From Candidatus Micrarchaeota archaeon (GTDB lineage: Archaea > Micrarchaeota > Micrarchaeia > Anstonellales > Bilamarchaeaceae), in contig JBFMCO010000033.1 of assembly GCA_040754495.1 (NCBI GenBank), forward strand, positions 1-33,454: a stretch of 33,454 bases of DNA, read 5' to 3'. The notes beneath the pieces were generated by a model that was given only the letters and a program-made list of their open reading frames with translations, did not search any database and was not told the DNA's origin. Positions 17,244 through 24,617 of the stretch are shown here, in pieces. Position numbers and translations under genes: made by a program. Numbering within the stretch: the first letter of the stretch is position 1; every line of letters begins with the position of its first letter.

Positions 17244-17417
17244 TCAGGCCTTCCGGCGGCAAAGGCTTGTCTGTGGTCCCACCCTTCCAGCCCCGGCCCT
17301 TGGTGGCGGCCAGGCATGGCGCCAGCCAATGCCGGCAAGGCCTTTCGATTTTTTATTAGTTTCTATTAGAATTCCGAAGGCGGACAGGTTTATATTCTGA
17401 TGCCACGACGCTATCCC

Positions 17418-18485
17418 ATGAAGCATCTGGAAACCATCGCCCTTGTCCTTATTGCACTTTCAGGGTGCACCATGCTGCCGGGCACCAACCAGGTGGGAGC
17501 CCCGCCGACTCTTCCACCGGAAAACAATGATTTTGAACTTCCTGAAGCCGACTGCCTCGGGATAACCGCGGAGAAGATGCAGCAGGCGTGCGGCTCGGGA
17601 CCCCTGGTAAGAGAGGTAAGCCCTATGCTGAACGGCTACCTCTGCACGTATTATGCCATAGCTCCTGAGGAGTTCATCGAAGCCTTCGAAAGAGGAGACT
17701 CAAATTATGGGTTGTCGACGGCTGGCGGAGAATATGTCCTGGGAGAGCAGTCCAGTGTGGAGTATTTCACAGGCGGGGACATAGTCGAGATAAAAAAGGA
17801 CAGGGTTGAGGTTGAGGAACCGGATGAGGTGACGGATTTCCAGAGCGGTTTCTGGATGGTGAAATACTACGAACTTCCAAATGAGCGGGGAAAGGGGCAG
17901 GCAACTTCCCTCTGGACGCAGAATGGCTCGCTTTCAATCGGGATGCATGGCACGCCTGTGGACTACGGGGCATTCGATCTTCCGAAAGAATATGAATGCT
18001 CGGGTGATGAGTTCCTCGCGTTGAGAGATCAAATCGCGGGCAAAACAGCCGGCGGGATGCTCAAAATCCCGGTTGACGAAGAGATGATCTACAGCGTGCC
18101 TGAATTCGAACTGAATGAAACGCCACCGGAGAATTGCTGCAGCATCACGGTCATTGAAGTCGAAGGCGAGGCCGAAGTCGGCCATTTGAAGAAGAACTGG
18201 ACCACCATAAATCGCGGGGACGTTCTCCAGGTTGAGGATACAATAGTCACAGGTGAGGACGGGCAGGTCGCCGTAGGTTTCTTGAACTGCACCAAGGGAG
18301 GGGCCGGAGATTCGGTGATGATAGTGAGGAGTAGTAGCCTGGTAACGATAAAAGCCGTAGGGGGAGAGCAGGTGGAAGTCTTCGTCGATCCTGGTATCAG
18401 CCACGTCAGTGTCAAACAGCTTGCCCAGTACCAGACGGATTTCCAGGTGAGCACGCCGAGGCTGACTTGCTCTGTCCGGGGTTGA
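17418..18485 (+). CDS. Lipoprotein-like protein with C-terminal FecR-like beta domain ending at VRG
   Basis: TATA TTTATAT 17389-95 supports start 17418; LIALSGC lipobox-like; FecR-like EVEGEAEV...GDVLQVEDTIVTGEDGQV...FQVSTPRLTCSVRG then stop. Visibly more A/T-rich codons than its neighbours. Confidence 0.75.
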   Translation: MKHLETIALVLIALSGCTMLPGTNQVGAPPTLPPENNDFELPEADCLGITAEKMQQACGSGPLVREVSPMLNGYLCTYYAIAPEEFIEAFERGDSNYGLSTAGGEYVLGEQSSVEYFTGGDIVEIKKDRVEVEEPDEVTDFQSGFWMVKYYELPNERGKGQATSLWTQNGSLSIGMHGTPVDYGAFDLPKEYECSGDEFLALRDQIAGKTAGGMLKIPVDEEMIYSVPEFELNETPPENCCSITVIEVEGEAEVGHLKKNWTTINRGDVLQVEDTIVTGEDGQVAVGFLNCTKGGAGDSVMIVRSSSLVTIKAVGGEQVEVFVDPGISHVSVKQLAQYQTDFQVSTPRLTCSVRG

Positions 18486-18536
18486 GCCGGTTTTCGGCAC
18501 CCAGCTCCCGGTTTACAGTTTCGGGTTTTGAGTTTT

Positions 18537-18773
18537 GGCTGGGAGCCAGCCCCAGGTGGCCCTAATGAACGGCGTACCGTTATGGAACGGAGCGCCGTTC
18601 CATCGCAGGTCTCAAAGGGGACGCAGCAGCAACTAGGTAGCCCCTTTGTCAGAACTCAAGATTCGATGGCTGCGGCCATCTCTTCTCAAGTTCTTGTTAC
18701 TTTGAGGCAGCGCCTCAGGGCTTTTGACCAATCCCTTTACTTTTGCCTGAAGAGAAACATCAGCCAAAAGTAA
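18537..18773. other. Dense array of perfect hairpins (structured ncRNA or REP-like mosaic), includes element copy E3
   Basis: Stems at 18537-51, 18568-81, 18582-603, 18613-20/18641-48, 18665-80 (GATGGC-TGCG-GCCATC), 18703-17 and 18737-45/18765-73. Confidence 0.55.
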
Positions 18774-18774
18774 T

Positions 18775-18841
18775 GGGTCAGAACTCAAGATCGCGGTCAT
18801 CGCGCTTGCGCGCTCCCAGGTATTGCATTTTCATCATTAGC
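18775..18841 (-). ncRNA. Box C/D guide sRNA (sRNA-2); D guide complementary to a tRNA-Leu(CAA) anticodon arm
   Basis: Minus strand: ATGATGA (box C, 18837-31) AAATGCAATAC CTGGGA GCGC-GCAA-GCGC GATGA (C') CCGCGATCTTGAGTT CTGA (box D, 18781-78). TATA-like TTTTATTA at 18868-61. Confidence 0.8.
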
Positions 18842-18874
18842 ACTGATTCAATAGGGGGCATAATAAAACGCTAA

Positions 18875-18939
18875 CGGTCAGAGTGATAGTCCTCCTCATC
18901 GAGACAAGCTCTAGGTCTGTCGAACACTCATCATTCCGG
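18875..18939 (-). ncRNA. Box C/D guide sRNA (sRNA-1)
   Basis: Minus strand: cgga ATGATGA (18934-28) GTGTTCGACAGACC TAGA (D') GCTTGTCTC GATGA (C') GGAGGACTATCACT CTGA (18881-78) ccg. Terminal cgg/ccg stem. TATA-like TTTTAAT at 18965-59. Confidence 0.8.
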
Positions 18940-18976
18940 CAGGATATGCCGCTGGAAGATTAAAAGCCTGAGCTGG

Positions 18977-19013
18977 CCGGATAAAGATGGAAAAAGGGAA
19001 GAAAAACGGGAAA
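18977..19013 (-). terminator. Oligo-T terminator of tfb
   Basis: Minus strand tttcccgtttttcttccctttttcc just after the tfb stop. Confidence 0.6.
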
Positions 19014-19018
19014 TAAGA

Positions 19019-19933
19019 TCAGAGATTGACTTTGAGGCCGAGCTCTTTCTTGAGTTCGCGGTAGCGGTTCCTGATTGTTACCTCGGTCACGCCCGCGACG
19101 TCGGCGACCTCCTTCTGCGTCTTCTTCTCGCCGTGCATCGCGCTCGCGATGTACAGGGCCGCAGCGGCCACGCCGGTCGGGCCGCGCCCGGATATCAGCC
19201 CCTTCCTGAGGGCTTTCCTGATGAGCTTCACTGCCTCCTCCTGCACCTCGCCGCCGAGCTTGAGGGCGGTCGCGAACTTCGGCACGTACTGGGCCGGGTC
19301 GGTGAGCGGCACATCCACGTTGAGCTCGGCCTTGAGGAAGCGGTATGCCCTGCCGATTTCCTTCTTCTCTATGCCTGAGGCCCTGGATATCTCGTCCAGC
19401 GTCCTCGGTATTCCCTGGAGGCGGCAGATGGCGTATATGACCGCGGCCACGACGCTCTCAATCAGCCTTCCGCGGATAAGCTCCTCCTTGACCGCCTTGC
19501 GGTATAGCAGCGCGGCGCTCTCCTTGATGTTCTCGGGCAGGCCGAGCGACGATGCGACGCGGTCGAGTTCCGCAAGCGCTATCACGAGGTTCCTCTCCAT
19601 GGAGGTCGCGATGGACACCCTCTTGTGCCATTTCCTCATGCGGTAGAGCTGGGCCTGCTTCTTCGGGCTTATCTTGCCGCCGCGGATGTCGCGGTTGTAC
19701 TGGTCTATCTCGGTGACAAGCCCCTTGTTCGGGCGCATGTACTTTATCGGCGCTCCGCCGCGGGCCTTCTTCTCCTTCTGCTCGGCGTCGAAAGCGCGCC
19801 ATTCGGGGCCCATGTCGTGGATGTTCTCCGCGATAATCAGCCCGCAGCTGGAGCAGAGGAGCTCCCCCCGCTCGTAATCGCGCACAACGCGCTTGCTCTT
19901 GCACTCCGGACATTTCGTCGCTGTAGCTACCAT
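19019..19933 (-). CDS. tfb: Transcription initiation factor IIB (TFB)
   Basis: Zn ribbon CPECKS...LLCSSCG, GPEWRAF B-reader, two cyclin folds, QKEVADVAGVTEVTIRNRY HTH. SD GGAGG before ATG 19933. Confidence 0.97.
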   Translation of the reverse strand: MVATATKCPECKSKRVVRDYERGELLCSSCGLIIAENIHDMGPEWRAFDAEQKEKKARGGAPIKYMRPNKGLVTEIDQYNRDIRGGKISPKKQAQLYRMRKWHKRVSIATSMERNLVIALAELDRVASSLGLPENIKESAALLYRKAVKEELIRGRLIESVVAAVIYAICRLQGIPRTLDEISRASGIEKKEIGRAYRFLKAELNVDVPLTDPAQYVPKFATALKLGGEVQEEAVKLIRKALRKGLISGRGPTGVAAAALYIASAMHGEKKTQKEVADVAGVTEVTIRNRYRELKKELGLKVNL

Positions 19934-20031
19934 GGAAAGCCTCCGCAAATCATAGTAAGGTTTAAAAAAATTTGCAAGATTTTTATGAACATGGGTATTT
20001 ATATAGTTTTCGGTCCGGACGGCGCGTTAGG

Positions 20032-20060
20032 AGCGCCAAAATAATATAAATTTTGGCGCT
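20032..20060. promoter_or_regulatory. 11-bp perfect inverted repeat bracketing a TATA-like core
   Basis: AGCGCCAAAAT-AATATAA-ATTTTGGCGCT in the tfb / small-ORF divergent intergenic region. Confidence 0.55.
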
Positions 20061-20083
20061 GAAAGTGGTGCAGGAGGTATATT

Positions 20084-20383
20084 ATGACAGGCCCCACTAC
20101 GAAGAAGGGAAAGGGATTGTCCGCCGACGAGGCGTGCATGCGCGGAATCGGCGCGCTCAAGATAGGCCCCGACACGATGTCCGGCCCGCTTAAAGAGAGG
20201 CTCGATGCCATGAATGCGGAGCTCAAGGCCATCGATGTGAAGAAGGATGGCAGGACCGACTGGGAAAAGACGCTCGGTGCCCGGGCCGAGGCGGCAAAGA
20301 AAAGGCTTGCCGGGGACAAGGAGCTTGCGGGGCGGTGCCGCTTCAGCTATATCTCGGGAACGGTCGAGGAACGGCTCATCTGA
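20084..20383 (+). CDS. Small basic hypothetical protein (99 aa)
   Basis: SD GGAGGT at 20073-78, upstream TATA-like element, genome-typical codon usage. Confidence 0.65.
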   Translation: MTGPTTKKGKGLSADEACMRGIGALKIGPDTMSGPLKERLDAMNAELKAIDVKKDGRTDWEKTLGARAEAAKKRLAGDKELAGRCRFSYISGTVEERLI

Positions 20384-21641
20384 GCCCCGCCCCCGCAGAT
20401 TCCGCGTCTTCCATTGCTTTTTCCTCGTCTATCGTCAGGAGGCGGCGGTTTTCCATCACGATGCGGCCGCCGATTATGACGTCCCGGACGTTCTGCGGCC
20501 CGGCCGCATAGACGATATTCGCCACAATGTCGTGCGACGGCGCCATGTTCGGGCCCTTCTCGAGAAGGACTATGTCGGCGGGCTTCCCGGGCTCGAGCGA
20601 GCCGGCTTCGATGCCAAGGGCCCTTGCCCCGCAGAGCGTGGCCATATCGAGCACCCGCTGGGCCGGCATGACGTCCGCCTTCCAGTAATGGTGCTTCTGT
20701 AGCAGGGAGGCCATCTTCATCGTCTGGAACATGTCCAGGGAGTTGTTGCTGGCGGCCCCGTCCGTGCCGAGGCACACGTTGGCCCCGGCCGAATCGAGCT
20801 CGGCTATCTGGGTTATGCCCCCGGTGGCGAGCTTCATGCTGCTTATCGGGCAGTATGCCACGCTGAGGCCCTTTTTCCCGGCAAGCTCCATTTCCCTCTT
20901 CGTGAGCCAGCCCCCGTGGGCGAATATCGAATCGCTGTCCATGAGCCCGAGGGAATCCAGGTATTCGTAGGGGAACTTCCCCCGCTTCCTGAGGACCTCG
21001 AATATCTCCGTGCGCGTCTCGCTGACATGCATCTGGAGCTTCAGCCCCCTTTTCCGGGCCATCTCCTTCGCCTTCGTCATAAGCTCCTCCGAGCAGGTGT
21101 AGGGGGCATGGAGCGCCACCGACGGGCGCAGGCTGCCGGAACCATAGGAGAGGGCCTTTTCGCCGTCGCGGAGCGCCTGCGCGGTCCGGGCGGGGTCGTT
21201 GAAATCCATCATGCCCCTCGCGATTATCCCCCTCATGCCGGCTTCGGCCGCGGCCCTGAAGATGTGCTCCGTGTCATGGATGCACATCTCCGCAAAGGAA
21301 GTCGTCCCGCCCCGCATCATCTCGCAGAACGCGAGGCGCGATGCTGCGCCGGCCTCTTCCGCAGTCTGCCTCGCCTCGGCCGGCCATATCCTCTTTTCCA
21401 GCCATTCATGGAGGGGCAAATCCTCACCGAGGCCCCGCAGCGTCGTCATGGCTACATGGGCGTGCGCGTTCACGAGGCCGGGCATCGCAATCAGGCGGGA
21501 GGCGTCTATGACGCGCTCGGCCTTCTCCCGCACCTGGCCGGTTGCGGATATTTGCTCCCCGTTTATCAGGATGTCGCCGCGGATTATGCGGCGCTCCGCA
21601 TCCTGCGTGACTATGGTCGCACCTTTGATGAGGATTGACAT
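20376..21641 (-). CDS. mtaD: Amidohydrolase, 5'-methylthioadenosine/S-adenosylhomocysteine deaminase (MtaD/DadD family)
   Basis: PGLVNAHAH metal motif, LHAPYTCS, MHVSET, YCPISSMKLATG, LGTDGAASNNSLDMF. Start 21641 inferred from a TATA at about 21665-70. Confidence 0.88.
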   Translation of the reverse strand: MSILIKGATIVTQDAERRIIRGDILINGEQISATGQVREKAERVIDASRLIAMPGLVNAHAHVAMTTLRGLGEDLPLHEWLEKRIWPAEARQTAEEAGAASRLAFCEMMRGGTTSFAEMCIHDTEHIFRAAAEAGMRGIIARGMMDFNDPARTAQALRDGEKALSYGSGSLRPSVALHAPYTCSEELMTKAKEMARKRGLKLQMHVSETRTEIFEVLRKRGKFPYEYLDSLGLMDSDSIFAHGGWLTKREMELAGKKGLSVAYCPISSMKLATGGITQIAELDSAGANVCLGTDGAASNNSLDMFQTMKMASLLQKHHYWKADVMPAQRVLDMATLCGARALGIEAGSLEPGKPADIVLLEKGPNMAPSHDIVANIVYAAGPQNVRDVIIGGRIVMENRRLLTIDEEKAMEDAESAGAGLR

Positions 21642-21701
21642 CAGCAACAGAATGGCGGGAAGCAATTAAAATCTAGCGCTGCCTAGGGATTTGGTGATAC
21701 G

Positions 21702-22109
21702 ATGGTCGTCGGCCTTGTTCCGCCAGGAGAGGAGAAGAGGATTTACGAGAAGCTTATCGAGTACTACGAGAGGCTCTACCCCGGGATAAAATTCTCCAGG
21801 GAAGAGAAGGTCCTCACGCACGCTGAGATAGGCGAGATATACTACACTTATTCGGGCGAGGAGACCGAGGCCACGGCCGCCGAGAAGATGAGGATGATAA
21901 ACTCGGCCATAGGCGAGGGCTACACGACCCCGATAATAATCCTTCAGAAGAAGAAAAAGGCGGTCCTCCTGGACGGCCACCGCAGGGCGCGCGTCGCTTT
22001 CGCCCAGGGCATGGGATGGCACGCGCTCCTCATCGTGCCCGGGAAAGACGTGAAGTTCGGGATAGAGGAGATGATCCTGGGTAAGATAAAGGACCTTTAC
22101 GGCAAATAG
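21702..22109 (+). CDS. Stand-alone ParB/sulfiredoxin-like domain protein
   Basis: PIIIL...VLLDGHRRARVA ParB-N motif. SD GGTGAT. Confidence 0.8.
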   Translation: MVVGLVPPGEEKRIYEKLIEYYERLYPGIKFSREEKVLTHAEIGEIYYTYSGEETEATAAEKMRMINSAIGEGYTTPIIILQKKKKAVLLDGHRRARVAFAQGMGWHALLIVPGKDVKFGIEEMILGKIKDLYGK

Positions 22110-22110
22110 C

Positions 22111-23229
22111 TCAAACATGGCCGTCCGGCTTTTCCGGAAGCAGGCCCCTGCTCTTCACCCACCAGTAGGAGGCGAGTATTGACAGGACCGTGGACACCAC
22201 CATGAGGGAGACATACCATCCCCGGTCCTCCGGCCCCAGGGCGAAGACGTCGCTCCCGAGCACGGTCGCAAGCGTGTTCGGAACTAAGACGGCGGTACCG
22301 ATGACCGTGAGGTAGGCCACAAGAAGCGCCAGCTTGTTGTTGAGTATCTGCAGCTGGTTGTTGTATATGCTCTGCATGACCTCTAGGCCGCTTGCGAGGA
22401 CCTCGCTCAGGTGTTCTGCGAGGCCTATCTGGTAGTTCACCTCCACGACGAGCCCGCCGAGGCGCTGGAGCAGCTTGGGCTCGTCGGTCAGGAGCTCCGG
22501 GTCCCCGTAGCGGAGGGTGTTCAGCACGTCCACGGTCTCCCAGAGGCCGGTCAGGTACGCGATGAGGGCGTGCTTCATCAGGTGGATGTCCTTGCCGATT
22601 TCGTCCCGGGGCGTCCGCACGTCCGCGAGCTTCTCGCTCACTTTGTCCGAGTTCTCCTCGATTTCGCGCAGGTGGTCGAAATTCCGGGCGTTGTTCTCGT
22701 CGATTATCCTCACCAGGACCATCGTCAGCTTGTCCTGCGCGGGCAGTGCCGGCTTTATCTTGCGCATGTATATCTTCGCGTAGCGCCTGAGCCTGAAGAA
22801 CCGCTTCACCTCGGTCGTGTGGATTGTCGCGACCAGCCCCTGCCGCATGAGAATCAGGAGGTATTCGACCTTTACGTCGAAGCCGTTTACGATTATGGCC
22901 GGCAGCAGCAGGCCCATCTCGGTATCGAGGTCCTCGTAGCCGGCCCGGCCGCTTTTCAGCAATACCGAGGTCACGTTGCCGCTGAATCCCAGCGACTGCG
23001 CTACCGGCACCGCGTCTTTCTGCAGGTCGTCTACTATGTAGTCCACCCAGGTCACTGTGGAGGAATTTATGGTCTCCAGGAATTCCTGGACTTCGCGCGC
23101 CTCCTTCTCCGAGGTAGTGCCGTCCTTGAGGAGGGAGACGCAGAACCCCTTCTCCTCGAGAGAGAGTATGACCTTCTCGTCCCCGTGCTTCCGCCGTATC
23201 TTATGGACTAGATCCTTGTTAAGCGGCAT
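22111..23229 (-). CDS. CorA-family divalent-cation transporter with atypical signature
   Basis: Cytoplasmic coiled coil, then QILNNKLALL, TM1 ...VPNTLATVLGSDVF (GMN replaced by GSD) and TM2 ending in WW + KSRGLL. SD GAGGAGG. Confidence 0.8.
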   Translation of the reverse strand: MPLNKDLVHKIRRKHGDEKVILSLEEKGFCVSLLKDGTTSEKEAREVQEFLETINSSTVTWVDYIVDDLQKDAVPVAQSLGFSGNVTSVLLKSGRAGYEDLDTEMGLLLPAIIVNGFDVKVEYLLILMRQGLVATIHTTEVKRFFRLRRYAKIYMRKIKPALPAQDKLTMVLVRIIDENNARNFDHLREIEENSDKVSEKLADVRTPRDEIGKDIHLMKHALIAYLTGLWETVDVLNTLRYGDPELLTDEPKLLQRLGGLVVEVNYQIGLAEHLSEVLASGLEVMQSIYNNQLQILNNKLALLVAYLTVIGTAVLVPNTLATVLGSDVFALGPEDRGWYVSLMVVSTVLSILASYWWVKSRGLLPEKPDGHV

Positions 23230-23375
23230 CGGGAGCCTCCTCAGTGTGCCATCCTGCGCTATTATTGCGGATTCGGGGGTTTAAAAGGCTGCCGGTGGGC
23301 AGGCACGGCCGCGGGTTTCCAGTTTCCGGCTCCCGGCCAGGATACCGGAGACCGTGTGCCGGATGCGGCGGGCCG

Positions 23376-24617
23376 CTACTGCGCGTGCCCCTTCGCGTGG
23401 GCGTGCACCGCCACCGCGCGCTTCACAACGGTGAAATGCTTCTCGTTCTCCTCGAGCGCGGCGATGCCCGGGAGCTGGAGCCCGCACAGGTATTCTATCA
23501 GGGCCTTCCCGGAAAGGCTCACGTAGCTGAAGTGCTTTTTCTCGATTTTGAAGCGCTCTATGGCAGCTACAGTATGCCCGCCGCCGAGGAGGGAGAAGGC
23601 GTCGGAGCGGGCGACGGCCTCGAGGAGGGCCCTCGTGCCTTTCGAGAAGTCCTCCAGCTCGTAAACGCCGGCCGGCCCGTTCATCACGATGTAATGCGAG
23701 TTGTTGATTATCTGGCTGTAGCGCGCTATGGTCTTCTCGCCGATATCCCATATCTGCCCCCGGCTGATGCTGCCGGCGTCGGCCTCGTGCCTCTGCATGT
23801 CTATGGAGAGGCCGACATCGAGGGGCAGGACGATTTTGCCGTCGAAATCCTTCAGGAGCTGCTTCGCCTCGGCTTCCTTGCTGAGCAGGCTCGAGTCCCG
23901 CAGGTACTGCAGGGAATCGCCGACGTGGTAGCCCCCCGCGTGCAGCAGGAGGACCGAGAGGGCGCCGCCCACGAGCACCTCCCTCGCGCGCCCGTCGGAG
24001 AGCCATTTCTTCATGACCGCGAACGAGTCGTCGACCTTGGAGCCGCCGAATATGAAGGTGACGTCGCTGCCGTGCCTGACCTTGTCCACGGCTTCGAGCT
24101 CCGCGGCGAGGATGTTCCCGGCAAAGCACGGGATTTTCTTCGCGAAGCCTACGACGCTGGAGTGCTTGCGGTGCGCGACCGAGAGGGCATCGAGGACGTA
24201 ATAGTCGGCGAGCGGGGCAAGGTGGTGCACTATCTCCCCCTCCCCGTGCGGGTGCTCGGTCTCGCAGTGGAGGTGGCGGACGTTGTCAAGGACGAGTATC
24301 TGGCCGTCCCTGAGATTGGCGATTGCCGTCTTCACCTTCTCGGCCACGACCGCGTCTACGTAGATGACGTCCCTCCCGGTTATCCTGTGCAGGGCCCGCG
24401 CATGCTGCTCAAGGGGGAGGAAGTCCTCCTTCCCGCGCCTTCCCTGGTGGGACAGGACGACCACCCGCGCGCCGCGGTCGCTCAGGCTGCTTATCGTCTC
24501 GGCATGGGCGCGGATGCGCGTGTCAGCGATTATTTTTCCGTCTTTCACCGGGCAATTGAGGTCGGCCCTCAGCAGGACGGTCTTTCCCCGCACCTCGTAA
24601 TCAGCTATCTTCCTCAT
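23376..24617 (-). CDS. pgk: Phosphoglycerate kinase
   Basis: RADLNCP, SHQGR, LDNVR, DALSVAHRKHSS, GGSKVDD, MNGPAGVYE, GGGHT, VSLSGKA. Start 24617 (alternative GTG 24626). Confidence 0.95.
   Translation of the reverse strand: MRKIADYEVRGKTVLLRADLNCPVKDGKIIADTRIRAHAETISSLSDRGARVVVLSHQGRRGKEDFLPLEQHARALHRITGRDVIYVDAVVAEKVKTAIANLRDGQILVLDNVRHLHCETEHPHGEGEIVHHLAPLADYYVLDALSVAHRKHSSVVGFAKKIPCFAGNILAAELEAVDKVRHGSDVTFIFGGSKVDDSFAVMKKWLSDGRAREVLVGGALSVLLLHAGGYHVGDSLQYLRDSSLLSKEAEAKQLLKDFDGKIVLPLDVGLSIDMQRHEADAGSISRGQIWDIGEKTIARYSQIINNSHYIVMNGPAGVYELEDFSKGTRALLEAVARSDAFSLLGGGHTVAAIERFKIEKKHFSYVSLSGKALIEYLCGLQLPGIAALEENEKHFTVVKRAVAVHAHAKGHAQ

Noticed and set aside
18528-18773. 81-aa plus-strand ORF
   Set aside because: No SD or TATA; starts inside heptamer repeats and overlaps the hairpin array.
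18537-18960. RNase P RNA, SRP RNA or tRNA
   Set aside because: No GAGGAAAGUCC/P4 signature, no SRP helix 8 motif and no cloverleaf with T-loop on either strand.
21702-22109. Chromosome-partition (ParAB) or Dnd/defence system
   Set aside because: No ParA, HTH, methylase or Dnd partners adjacent.
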